A stretch of DNA of 64,000 nt, taken from IMG/VR virus record IMGVR_UViG_3300047557_002876, positions 7,158 through 71,157 of that record, one strand, 5' to 3'. Under the pieces are notes generated by a model. The model saw only the letters and a list, made by a program, of their open reading frames with translations, was not told the origin of the DNA and did no database searches. A program made the position numbers and the translations under genes. Shown in pieces: positions 39,100 through 48,732 of this stretch (positions within the stretch are counted from its first letter, which is position 1; each line of letters opens with the position of its first letter). Origin of the DNA: a virus.

Positions 39100-42000
39100 A
39101 TGGCAAAATACGGAAGCGGAAGTAAAAAAGTAACACCTAATTCTGGTCTACGCACTAGTAGATATCAATATCTAACACTTGAAGATGCTGAACCAAACTT
39201 AGGATTTACCACTGAAAAAGTATTACCGTTAAAAGAAAATTACTATCAATTGGTATCTTTTGATGGTGGCACAGTATATGATAGATATTGGCAAGTAGCT
39301 CCTGCAGGAATTATTACAGGAATCTCCATTTTTGATGAAGGTTTGATTGTAGGAACTGGAAACAGTATTAACAAAATAGATTTTCGTGGCAATATTATCA
39401 CAGCAACTGCAAATAATTTTGGCACAATCTCTACGATAACTGTTGCCCCACCAGGTAATGACACTCAATTAATTTATAATAGTGGTGGAAATTTTGCAGC
39501 ATCTGCAAGTTTGACATTTAGTTCAAATACGCTATCAGTTATTGGTCTTGGAAGTTTTTCTGCTGGTTCATTAAACCAAAGAGTTAAAGTTGGTATATCT
39601 AGTAACAATGTAATTGATACCACATCTGGGAACCTAGTTCTTGATGCAAATAGTGGAATCACATCTATCAAAAGTGTATTAGTCGCAGGAATAAGTACAT
39701 TTATTGGTTCCAATCAATCAAATTTAATTACACTATCACAAACTGGTAGTGGAAATGCATTATTTGCAAATGGAACTGTAATTAGTGGATTAGGTTCAAT
39801 TGGCGTTGGAACAACAAGACCAACACAGGAACTTGATGTTAATGGCGATATTCGATTAAGAGGAACAATATACGATTTTAATAATGACCCTGGATCACCA
39901 ACTCAAGTTCTTATAAAAAATATTTTAGGTGGATTAGAGTGGGTAAGTCAATCAACTCTAGTCACTGGCGCTGGTGGAACATTTACCAATATTCAGTTCC
40001 AAAACAATGCTGGATTATTAGATGGTGCTGATAATTTTGTATATGATCCCGTAACAAGTAGAGTTGGTCTTGGTAGCACAAGACCCAATTATCTACTAGA
40101 TGTTCTCGGTTACTCTAGATTTACTGGTCAAGTAGAAATAAGTAACTTAAACGTAACCGGTATTGCCACTATTGCTACCTTAGGGGTGAGTGGACTTGCA
40201 ACTACTAAAGATTTCAGAGTTACTGGAATTTCTACTATTGCAAATTTAGAAGTCACTGGTCTCACAACTTCACGAAATTTAATAATATCTGGCGTATCCA
40301 CTCTTTCATCTTTAGGTGTATCTGGTCTAACAACAACAAGAGACTTTAGAGTAGTTGGTGTTTCAACTCTTGGTATCACTACAACAACCAATTTAACATC
40401 TCAGCAATTATTAGTTTCAGGGATAAGCACACTAGGTCAAATAGGAATTAGTACTAATAAAGTTAGTTCCACATTCGGAAATATTATTATTGATTCGACC
40501 GGAGGAACAACTCAAGTAAATGATGTTCTTTTTGTAAATGATTCAACCCCTTCCACGACAACAACTGATGGTGCTCTAGTAGTTAGTGGTGGGGTAGGCA
40601 TTAAGAGTGGGGTTAACATTGGTGGAAATTTATCGATAGATGGAAATCTCCAAATTGATGGGGCTTCTACATTTTCATCTTTAGGTTCATTTGGTAGTGG
40701 GTTGACTGTTAGTGCAGGAACTTTAACCGTTTTAACTACAACAGAATCAATAAGTAAAGATACTGGTTCTGTTATCATAGATGGTGGTGTTGGCATCGAG
40801 AAAAATCTATATGTTGGCGGGTTGTTATCTGTTACTGGAATTGCTTCTTTTAGTGATCATATACTGCCTACCGCAAATGAGTCTAAAGATATAGGAAGTA
40901 TCGCAAGAAAATGGAATAAAATTTATGCTTCTGATATAACTGCTACAACTTTTAATGGTTCTTTTCTTGGAAACGCGGATACTGCAACCTATGCAATAAA
41001 TGCAGGTATTGCAACTAACTTAAAAGGTGGATCTTCAGGACAAATACCATATCAATCGGATATAGGAAGAACTTTATTCACTGCAACTGGAACTTCTGGT
41101 TTTCTCCTAAGATCTAATGGAATTGGAGCACCTTCTTGGATCGATCCAACTACACTGCTAGTTGCATATGCAGTGAATGCTGGTATCGCTACAAACCTTA
41201 GAGGTGGAGCAGGTGGTTCAATACCTTATCAAACATCGGCAAATTCTACGGCGATGTTATCAAATGGAACTGCCGGTCAATTACTTCAATCTAATGGTGG
41301 CACTGCAGCACCTTCATGGGTAAATGCCGCACTTCTTTCAGTTTCGTATGCAAATAATTCTGGAATTTCTACAAATTTAAAAGGAGGTTCGGCGGGTCAA
41401 ATACCTTATCAATCCGATTTAGACAAAACTTCATTTACTGCGACTGGAACTTCTGGTTTCATTTTAAGATCAAATGGAACTTCAGCACCATCATGGATCG
41501 ATCCTGGTACTTTATCGGTCGCATATGCAGTAAACGCAGGTATCGCTACAAACATTAAAGGTGGATCAGGTGGTTCAATACCTTATCAAACAGCAGAGAG
41601 CACCACGGCTTTATTGGCAAATGGATCTATAGGTCAATTACTACAGTCTAATGGAGGAACTAATGCTCCAAGTTGGGTAACACCATCAAATCTTACAGTA
41701 TCTAATGCAAATTTTTCTAACATTGCTGGAGTAGCAACTTACTCATCAATCGCAGGTGTTGCAACATACGCAACAAATGCAGGTATCACTACAAACCTTA
41801 GGGGTGGCGCTGGCGGTTCAATCCCATATCAATCTTCAGCAAATAATACAACTTTCCTATCTAATGGAACTATAGGACAAATACTTCAATCAAATGGTGG
41901 TACTGCAGCACCGAGTTGGATATCCCCTGGCAACTTAACAGTTCAGTTTGCAACCTATGCAACAAATTCTGGTATCGCTACAAACATTAAAGGTGGTACT

Positions 42001-45000
42001 GGTGGTTCAATCCCATACCAATCTTCAGTAGATACAACCGCTTTACTGTCGAATGGAACTGCAGGTCAACTGCTACAGTCTAATGGTGGAACTCTTGCCC
42101 CAAGTTGGGTATCTCCAGGCGGTCTAACTGTACAATTTGCAACCTATGCAATAAACGCTGGTATTGCTACAAATATTAAAGGTGGAGCAGGGGGACAAAT
42201 AGTATATCAGTCTTCTGCAAATAACACTGCTCTATTAAATAACGGTTTAAGTGGACAATTACTACAATCAAATGGAGGCACTGCAGCACCAAGTTGGGTA
42301 TCTCCAAGTGGTTTGAATGTTCAGTTTGCAACCTATGCAACAAATGCTGGTATTTCCACTAATCTTAAAGGTGGTTCAGGTGGTTCAATACCTTACCAAA
42401 CAGCAGAGAGCAGCACAGCGATGCTTTCTAATGGTTCTATTGGACAATTACTTCAATCAAATGGAGGATCTGAGGCACCAAGTTGGGTAACACCATCAAA
42501 TCTTACCGTATTACGTGCAAATTATGCAGATAATGCTGGGATTTCGACAAACATCAAAGGTGGCGCTGGTGGTGCAATACCTTATCAGTCATCAACAAGT
42601 ATAACTACATTTTTAGCGAACGGTTCAGCAGGTCAAATACTCCAATCAAATGGAGGAATTGCAGCACCAAGTTGGGTAAATCCAACAAATCTTACGGTAT
42701 CTAATGCTGCATATGCAGTAAATGCAGGTATTGCAACAAATATCAAAGGTGGAGCAGGAGGTTCAATACCTTACCAAACAGCAGAAAGTAGTACGGCTTT
42801 GTTAGCAAATGGAACTGCGGGGCAATTACTACAGTCTAATGGCGGTTCTAATGCACCAAGTTGGATAAGTGTAACTAATCTCACTGCAGGGAATGCAAAT
42901 TATGCAGTAAATGCAGGTATTGCAACAAATATTAAAGGTGGAGCAGGAGGTTCAATACCATATCAAACTGGAGATAGTAGAACTGCACTATTATCAAATG
43001 GAGTCTCAGGTCAATTACTACAATCTAATGGAGGAACTTTAGCGCCTTCGTGGGTAAGTTTAAATAATCTCACTGCAGGAACTGCAAATTATGCAGTAAA
43101 CGCTGGTATTGCCACTAACCTAAAAGGTGGTGCGGGAGGATCTATACCATACCAAACAACACCGGATTCTACCGCAATGTTGGCAAATGGATCTGCAGGA
43201 CAACTATTGCAGTCTAACGGAGGCACTGCAGCACCTTCATGGGTAAGTTTAAATAATCTCACTGCAGGAATTGCTAATTATGCAGTAAATGCAGGTATTG
43301 CTACAAATATCAAAGGTGGCACGGGGGGGTCAATACCCTATCAAACTGCTGCAAACGCAACATCTTTATTGGCAAATGGAACTGCCGGTCAAATACTACA
43401 GTCCAATGGTGGAACTTTAGCGCCTTCATGGGTAAATCCATCTGCGATTTCAATATCATATTCACAATATGCAGATAATGCAGGTATCTCTACGAATATT
43501 AAAGGGGGTTCTGCAGGAAGAATACCATATCAAACAGCGTCAAATGTGACTGCATTTATACCAACTGGAACTAATGGATTTTTCCTCAGGTATAATGCAA
43601 CAACAAATACCCCATATTGGTCAGATATTACTGCAGATGTAAATGTCCAAAATGCAGTATACGCAACAAATGCAGGTATTGCCACCAATTTGAAAGGTGG
43701 AGGAGCAGGTTCTATTCCATATCAATCTGGAGTAAATCAAACAGCAATGTTGGCAAATGGAACTGCCGGTCAAATACTCCAATCTAATGGTGGCAATAAT
43801 CCCCCAACTTGGGTAACTGTATCTAATCTTACTGCAGGAAGTGCTGCTTATGCAGCAAACGCAGGTATTGCTACTAACATTAAAGGTGGATCAGCAGGTT
43901 CTATACCATATCAAACTGGAACAAGTGCAACTGCGTTATTGCCAAATGGAACTGCTGGCCAATTACTACAATCTAATGGAGGAAATTTAGCACCATCATG
44001 GGTATCACCAAGTGGGTTGACTGCTTCAAACGCTGCTTATGCAGCAAACGCAGGTATCGCTACTAATATTAAAGGTGGATCAGCAGGTTCTATACCATAT
44101 CAAACTGGAACAAGTGCAACTGCGTTATTGCCAAATGGAACTGCTGGCCAATTACTACAATCTAATGGAGGAAATTTAGCACCTTCATGGGTAAGTGTAA
44201 CTAATCTTACTGCAGGAAGAGCCAATTATGCGGTAAACGCTGGTATTGCGACAAACCTAAAAGGTGGTAGAACTTACTCAATACCATATCAGTTATCTGC
44301 AGATAATACCACTATGTTGGCGATTGGTTCTGCGGGTCAAATACTTCAGTCAAATGGAACATCAAATCCCCCAAGTTGGGTAAGTCCATCTAGTATTTCT
44401 GCGGCAGCTGCTTCTTATGCTGCAGTTGCGGGCATTGCAACAAATATTAGTGGTGGTTCTGGTGGTCAAATACTGTACCAATCTTCTGCAAATAATACCG
44501 CAAGACTTCCAAATGGTACTTCTGGTCAGTTACTGCAATCTAATGGAGGTTCTTCCGCACCATCATGGGTAACACCATCAAATCTTACAGTATCTAATGC
44601 GACAAATGCAACAAATTCAACAAACTCAACTAATCTTTCCGGAGGTTCTGCAGGATCTGTTCCATATCAAACCCAGACCGGTTCAACTGCATTTGTTTCT
44701 CCTGGACAAACTGGGCAATTATTACAATCAAATGGTTCTTCCGCACCATCATGGGTAAATCCAACAAACCTCACAGTATCTAATGCGACAAATGCAACAA
44801 CAGCATCAAATCTTGGGGGAGGATCTTCGGGTTCTATTCCTTATCAAAATAGTTCCGGTTCAACAAGATTTGTATCTCCAGGAAGTTCGGGTCAAGTTTT
44901 ACAATCAAATGGTTCCAATCCACCATCATGGGTAAATTTACCAGCAGCAATTAAGTCTTCAGTATCCTTTAGCAATAGTAATTCAGATCAGTACCTAGTA

Positions 45001-45525
45001 TTTACTTCAGGTTCTGGTGAACAATCATTAAATATTGATTCAAATCTTGTATACAATCCAGGAACTAATTTAATTTCTGGACAAGCAGTAACAATTAATT
45101 TCTTAGGTGTTGGTGTTGTCCCTGGATCAACTAGTGGCGAAATACGTGCCTCAGGGAACATTATTGCATATTATTCTGATGAACGTTTAAAAGAAAATAT
45201 AAACATAATTGATAATGCACTATCAAAAGTTTTATCACTCAAAGGAGTTACCTTTAACTCAAATTCAGTTGCAGAAAAATACGGTTATGTCGATAAAAAA
45301 GAACAAGTTGGCGTGATAGCTCAAGATGTTGAAAAAGTTTTACCGCAGATAGTTATTCCCGCACCATTTGACATTGGGAGAGATGATAATGGAAATGAAT
45401 ATTCAATAAGTGGAGAAAATTATAAAACAGTACAATATGATAAGATTATTCCACTATTGATTGAAGCAATTAAAGAGCAACAAAAAATAATTGAAGATAT
45501 TAAAAAACAAATAGGAGATATTTAA
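39100..45525 (+). CDS. Long tail fibre with ~21 x 63-aa repeats and a C-terminal intramolecular chaperone (peptidase S74)
   Basis: YYSDERLKENI...GVIAQDVEKVLP...V.YDKIIPLLIEAIKE; repeat YAVNAGIATNIKGG.GSIPYQ...GQLLQSNGG..PSW. Confidence 0.85.
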   Translation: MAKYGSGSKKVTPNSGLRTSRYQYLTLEDAEPNLGFTTEKVLPLKENYYQLVSFDGGTVYDRYWQVAPAGIITGISIFDEGLIVGTGNSINKIDFRGNIITATANNFGTISTITVAPPGNDTQLIYNSGGNFAASASLTFSSNTLSVIGLGSFSAGSLNQRVKVGISSNNVIDTTSGNLVLDANSGITSIKSVLVAGISTFIGSNQSNLITLSQTGSGNALFANGTVISGLGSIGVGTTRPTQELDVNGDIRLRGTIYDFNNDPGSPTQVLIKNILGGLEWVSQSTLVTGAGGTFTNIQFQNNAGLLDGADNFVYDPVTSRVGLGSTRPNYLLDVLGYSRFTGQVEISNLNVTGIATIATLGVSGLATTKDFRVTGISTIANLEVTGLTTSRNLIISGVSTLSSLGVSGLTTTRDFRVVGVSTLGITTTTNLTSQQLLVSGISTLGQIGISTNKVSSTFGNIIIDSTGGTTQVNDVLFVNDSTPSTTTTDGALVVSGGVGIKSGVNIGGNLSIDGNLQIDGASTFSSLGSFGSGLTVSAGTLTVLTTTESISKDTGSVIIDGGVGIEKNLYVGGLLSVTGIASFSDHILPTANESKDIGSIARKWNKIYASDITATTFNGSFLGNADTATYAINAGIATNLKGGSSGQIPYQSDIGRTLFTATGTSGFLLRSNGIGAPSWIDPTTLLVAYAVNAGIATNLRGGAGGSIPYQTSANSTAMLSNGTAGQLLQSNGGTAAPSWVNAALLSVSYANNSGISTNLKGGSAGQIPYQSDLDKTSFTATGTSGFILRSNGTSAPSWIDPGTLSVAYAVNAGIATNIKGGSGGSIPYQTAESTTALLANGSIGQLLQSNGGTNAPSWVTPSNLTVSNANFSNIAGVATYSSIAGVATYATNAGITTNLRGGAGGSIPYQSSANNTTFLSNGTIGQILQSNGGTAAPSWISPGNLTVQFATYATNSGIATNIKGGTGGSIPYQSSVDTTALLSNGTAGQLLQSNGGTLAPSWVSPGGLTVQFATYAINAGIATNIKGGAGGQIVYQSSANNTALLNNGLSGQLLQSNGGTAAPSWVSPSGLNVQFATYATNAGISTNLKGGSGGSIPYQTAESSTAMLSNGSIGQLLQSNGGSEAPSWVTPSNLTVLRANYADNAGISTNIKGGAGGAIPYQSSTSITTFLANGSAGQILQSNGGIAAPSWVNPTNLTVSNAAYAVNAGIATNIKGGAGGSIPYQTAESSTALLANGTAGQLLQSNGGSNAPSWISVTNLTAGNANYAVNAGIATNIKGGAGGSIPYQTGDSRTALLSNGVSGQLLQSNGGTLAPSWVSLNNLTAGTANYAVNAGIATNLKGGAGGSIPYQTTPDSTAMLANGSAGQLLQSNGGTAAPSWVSLNNLTAGIANYAVNAGIATNIKGGTGGSIPYQTAANATSLLANGTAGQILQSNGGTLAPSWVNPSAISISYSQYADNAGISTNIKGGSAGRIPYQTASNVTAFIPTGTNGFFLRYNATTNTPYWSDITADVNVQNAVYATNAGIATNLKGGGAGSIPYQSGVNQTAMLANGTAGQILQSNGGNNPPTWVTVSNLTAGSAAYAANAGIATNIKGGSAGSIPYQTGTSATALLPNGTAGQLLQSNGGNLAPSWVSPSGLTASNAAYAANAGIATNIKGGSAGSIPYQTGTSATALLPNGTAGQLLQSNGGNLAPSWVSVTNLTAGRANYAVNAGIATNLKGGRTYSIPYQLSADNTTMLAIGSAGQILQSNGTSNPPSWVSPSSISAAAASYAAVAGIATNISGGSGGQILYQSSANNTARLPNGTSGQLLQSNGGSSAPSWVTPSNLTVSNATNATNSTNSTNLSGGSAGSVPYQTQTGSTAFVSPGQTGQLLQSNGSSAPSWVNPTNLTVSNATNATTASNLGGGSSGSIPYQNSSGSTRFVSPGSSGQVLQSNGSNPPSWVNLPAAIKSSVSFSNSNSDQYLVFTSGSGEQSLNIDSNLVYNPGTNLISGQAVTINFLGVGVVPGSTSGEIRASGNIIAYYSDERLKENINIIDNALSKVLSLKGVTFNSNSVAEKYGYVDKKEQVGVIAQDVEKVLPQIVIPAPFDIGRDDNGNEYSISGENYKTVQYDKIIPLLIEAIKEQQKIIEDIKKQIGDI
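40985..44945 (+). repeat. About 21 tandem ~189-nt coding repeats
   Basis: 21 P(S/T/Y)W-ending units counted; a near-identical pair starts at 43843 and 44032. Confidence 0.85.
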
Positions 45526-45526
45526 A

Positions 45527-46855
45527 ATGCCATTACCTTGCCCTGGTCCTGCACCAATCAGTCTTTTAGACATCCAAAATGAATTTGGTGGAGATCCATT
45601 TTTTAATTCTTATACCAGAATTGATGAATATTATCGTGGAGGTCAATATGTTGAAAATAATGAAACTAATTCAAGAATACCAACCTCCGGACAGATAAGT
45701 TTTGCTGACTTTTTCTGTTCTTCCGGAGAAATAGTAGTATTTTTAGATGGCAAATATGAAAATTTAATTGTTAGCAACGTATTTGGAACTTTATGGTCCT
45801 CTGTTAGAAGAAAAAAGTTAATCTTGGGTAGTAATGCAATTGTGTATAGTTCAAATGCTTCAAAGTATGCTCTAACTGCCTCTTCACCCAATGGAGGTCC
45901 ATTAACTATAGAAAATAGGGGAAAAATTATTGGAGCATCTGGATCTGGTGGTAATGCGGGAGTAGGTGGAAATGGCGGAAGTGCAATTAAATTTAATTCA
46001 GGTAATCAAAAAATAACTTTTATTAATACCTCTGGTGGTTTAATTGCTGGAGGTGGTGGAGGAGGTGGTGCTGGTGGTAAAGGAACTGATGTCCGCATAA
46101 GTTCTGGGGCAAGTGGATTTGGGATAAATGGAACTGTGATTGCTTATGGAGGATCAGGTGGAAGTGGAGCTGGTTATATTGGAGCAAATTATACGGATGG
46201 AACATCAGGAACATCATCTAATCCAGAATTTACTGGTCAATTCAATAATTCATACGGGGTAAATTTATACGCATCTCTAGCAAGACTTGGTGCGACTCAA
46301 GTTACCAATTCAGGATCTATGAATTTGAATTTTTTTACTGGAGAATTTTCTTCAGCTATACAAATAACTAATTCAGGATCCATAAATATTGACTGGTATA
46401 TTGCAAATAATACAAGTGTTGCTAACCTTTCTAATTCCGGGAGCATGAATGCTAACTTATATCTTCCAGGTCCAAACATATTTGCAACTGTTAGCAATTC
46501 TGGCACAGCAAATATTGATATAAGAGGTAATGTTACTGCAGTTAATTCAACAAGAGTTTCTAATAGTGGTGCCGCTACCATTAATAGATATTACGAAACT
46601 ATAACTTATTCTCCAAGAGTAGATAGTTATTATATTAGATATAACTTGCAAAATGGTTATAGAGAAGAATTTACTATTATACCATCTGGAGCAGGAAGAG
46701 GAGGATCTGGAGGTTATCTTGGAGAACCAGGAAAACGTGGAAATGATGGAACAACATCAACTGGATTTAATGGTGGCGCCGCAGGATTTTCTATTGATGG
46801 GGTCAATAATATTACGGGTTCTAATAGTGGAACAATATATGGTCCAATTAAATGA
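45527..46855 (+). CDS. Glycine-rich fibre-tip adhesin (gp38-like)
   Basis: ISL.DI..EFGG...EYYRGG...IP.SG.IS..DF N-terminus and AGGGGGGGAGG motifs; follows the S74 fibre. Confidence 0.65.
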   Translation: MPLPCPGPAPISLLDIQNEFGGDPFFNSYTRIDEYYRGGQYVENNETNSRIPTSGQISFADFFCSSGEIVVFLDGKYENLIVSNVFGTLWSSVRRKKLILGSNAIVYSSNASKYALTASSPNGGPLTIENRGKIIGASGSGGNAGVGGNGGSAIKFNSGNQKITFINTSGGLIAGGGGGGGAGGKGTDVRISSGASGFGINGTVIAYGGSGGSGAGYIGANYTDGTSGTSSNPEFTGQFNNSYGVNLYASLARLGATQVTNSGSMNLNFFTGEFSSAIQITNSGSINIDWYIANNTSVANLSNSGSMNANLYLPGPNIFATVSNSGTANIDIRGNVTAVNSTRVSNSGAATINRYYETITYSPRVDSYYIRYNLQNGYREEFTIIPSGAGRGGSGGYLGEPGKRGNDGTTSTGFNGGAAGFSIDGVNNITGSNSGTIYGPIK

Positions 46856-46891
46856 CATTATAATAAATATTTCTGTTCTATCAATTAAATT

Positions 46892-47470
46892 ATGAATATG
46901 TCTTCTTATATTTTAGAAAATAGTTCTTTTGCCAGTGACATAGAATATGAATGGATAATTACAGAATTGCAAGTTTTATCTGAACCATTAAATGATTTCC
47001 ATAATATTGTTAGAAGAATTAAATGGAGTCTGTTTGCAAATCTAAAAGTATCAGAAGAAATTTATAGTGAAATGATAATGGGCGAAAATACTATTAATAT
47101 TTCAGAACTAAATTTAGATAATAATACATTCATTTCTTATGAAAATTTAACTCCAGATATTGTAATTTCTTGGGTTGATCAGATGAATCCAGAAGTCAAA
47201 GAAACAATAAAAAATAAGTTGTTAGATAGAAAGATATATAAAGTAAAAACTATGAGTCTTCCATGGGATTCATTTAATCCATTTTCAAATCAAGAAGAAG
47301 TTGCTGTAAATAATTCAGAGACTGAAGAAATTATTTCCACCTCAGAACCAATCGACATACAAAATTTTTCCCAAGATAATGTGAATTTAACTCAGAGTAC
47401 AGTTTATGAAGACCCCCCTGAAAATTTCATATATGAAGGTCCTTTAATGGGATCAACCCAAACCGCTTGA
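46892..47470 (+). CDS. Hypothetical protein (possible fibre assembly chaperone)
   Basis: W.I..L...V..I.W...FI.YE.LT...VI.WV...LPW pattern. Confidence 0.55.
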   Translation: MNMSSYILENSSFASDIEYEWIITELQVLSEPLNDFHNIVRRIKWSLFANLKVSEEIYSEMIMGENTINISELNLDNNTFISYENLTPDIVISWVDQMNPEVKETIKNKLLDRKIYKVKTMSLPWDSFNPFSNQEEVAVNNSETEEIISTSEPIDIQNFSQDNVNLTQSTVYEDPPENFIYEGPLMGSTQTA

Positions 47471-47495
47471 CATCCTGACCCAGATGCCCTATAAT
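47467..47495 (+). promoter_or_regulatory. Consensus sigma70 (early) promoter
   Basis: TTGACA-17 nt-TATAAT. Confidence 0.85.
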
Positions 47496-47520
47496 ACTGG
47501 GGTAATCACGAAACGACCTG

Positions 47521-47712
47521 ATGCCCGCTGAGACAGAAGATTTCCTGACCCGTTGCGTAGTCGATACTCTTGCCCGTAAGTTTTATCTTTACTCTAGCGA
47601 AGGAAACGAAAGGATGGTAGAATGTGAAACGGTAGAGCAGTTTATGAATGTTTTAGAGGTCGTTCGTAGTCAGGTTCACGAAGACAATCTTGCTTATTCA
47701 AACCCTTTCTAA
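47521..47712 (+). CDS. Conserved cyanophage hypothetical protein
   Basis: VVD...R.FYLYS..G....V.C.T..QFM.VL motif. Confidence 0.65.
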   Translation: MPAETEDFLTRCVVDTLARKFYLYSSEGNERMVECETVEQFMNVLEVVRSQVHEDNLAYSNPF

Positions 47713-47713
47713 G

Positions 47714-47896
47714 ATGAAAACACTCACGATTGAAGAATTACAAGCAGACTTTGATGCTATTATATCCCGTGTTGAGGGAGGTGAGTCCTTTCTCATTAAA
47801 AGCGAACATGGTGATGCTATGTTGATTCCTTATGGTGAGTATAAAGAAGTTGACGACCTGATACGAATACATACGGATCACGAAGAAGGTTGTTGA
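47714..47896 (+). CDS. Phd/YefM-like antitoxin-fold protein
   Basis: MKTLTIEELQADFDAIISRVEGGESFLIKSEHGDAMLIP resembles the Phd N-terminal pattern. Confidence 0.55.
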   Translation: MKTLTIEELQADFDAIISRVEGGESFLIKSEHGDAMLIPYGEYKEVDDLIRIHTDHEEGC

Positions 47897-47921
47897 CTTA
47901 AATCTCTAAATCTGCTATAAT
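47893..47921 (+). promoter_or_regulatory. sigma70 promoter for tRNAs, embedded in an inverted repeat
   Basis: TTGACT-17-TATAAT; arms aaatctctaaa / tttagagattt flank the -10. Confidence 0.7.
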
Positions 47922-47939
47922 AGGTTTAGAGATTTTTAT

Positions 47940-48011
47940 GGGAGCATAGCTTAATGGTCAGAGCGGGCCCCTTATAAGGGCTTAGTCTGGGTTCAACTCC
48001 CAGTGTTCCCA
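47940..48011 (+). tRNA. trnI: tRNA-Ile (anticodon UAU)
   Basis: Acceptor GGGAGCA/TGTTCCC, anticodon arm GGCCC-CTTATAA-GGGCT, T-arm CTGGG-TTCAACT-CCCAG; no encoded CCA. Confidence 0.85.
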
Positions 48012-48013
48012 TC

Positions 48014-48086
48014 GCTCCTTTAGCAATCTGGTGAATGCAGCGAACTCATAATTCGCCTGAGGCGTGTTCGATCCACGCAAGGAGCA
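48014..48086 (+). tRNA. trnM: tRNA-Met (anticodon CAU; Ile2 not excluded)
   Basis: Acceptor GCTCCTT/AAGGAGC, anticodon arm GCGAA-CTCATAA-TTCGC, T-loop TTCGATC. Confidence 0.85.
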
Positions 48087-48087
48087 C

Positions 48088-48120
48088 TTGACTATTATAA
48101 TTCTTTAAGTTATAATAGTC
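48088..48120 (+). promoter_or_regulatory. sigma70 promoter for tRNA-Leu, embedded in an inverted repeat
   Basis: TTGACT-17-TATAAT; arms gactattataa / ttataatagtc. Confidence 0.7.
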
Positions 48121-48125
48121 TTATT

Positions 48126-48200
48126 GGCGGTGTAGCCCAATTGGCAGCAGGCACTCGACTTAAAATCGACACAGTGCGGGTTCGAATCCCGCCACCGCTA
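48126..48200 (+). tRNA. trnL: tRNA-Leu (anticodon UAA), short variable arm
   Basis: Acceptor GGCGGTG/CACCGCT, anticodon arm TCGA-CTTAAAA-TCGA, T-arm GCGGG-TTCGAAT-CCCGC. Confidence 0.8.
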
Positions 48201-48248
48201 CTTAAAAGGCATATTAATATAAATAATAGTCAGTTTTCCTTTTAATAT

Positions 48249-48710
48249 ATGTCTAGGCGTAAATATACTGACGAGCAGTTTGTAGAAGCGGTTAAAACTT
48301 CTACAAGTATTAGACAAGTTTTATCTAAATTAAACTTAAAAGAATCTGGCGGAAATTATACAGTTGCTCAAAAAAGAATAAAAGCATTAAACCTTGATGA
48401 TTCACACTTTACTGGTCAAGCACATTTAAAAGGAAAAACTCACAATTATAATAAAAAACCCATTGAGTATTATTTTACAGAAAACTCCTATCATCAATCA
48501 TATAAACTCAAAAATCGCTTATTATCAGAAGGTCTCAAAGAACACAAGTGTGAGTGTTGTGGTATAACTGAATGGAATGGCAAACCAGCACCTATTGAGT
48601 TAGACCACATTAATGGAAATCATCAAGACAATCGTTTAGAAAATCTTCGTATTTTGTGCCCCAACTGCCACGCACAAACTGATACTTATAGAGGTAGGAA
48701 TAAAAAATAA
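48249..48710 (+). CDS. HNH endonuclease (free-standing homing type)
   Basis: CECCG...ELDHINGNHQDNRLENLRILCPNCH. Confidence 0.92.
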   Translation: MSRRKYTDEQFVEAVKTSTSIRQVLSKLNLKESGGNYTVAQKRIKALNLDDSHFTGQAHLKGKTHNYNKKPIEYYFTENSYHQSYKLKNRLLSEGLKEHKCECCGITEWNGKPAPIELDHINGNHQDNRLENLRILCPNCHAQTDTYRGRNKK

Positions 48711-48732
48711 ATAAGACAACGGCAAAGACCAA

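Noticed and set aside
48126-48710. Group I intron in tRNA-Leu(UAA) with an intron-encoded HNH
   Set aside because: The anticodon loop is uninterrupted, and the HNH lies outside the tRNA with its own TATAAATA.
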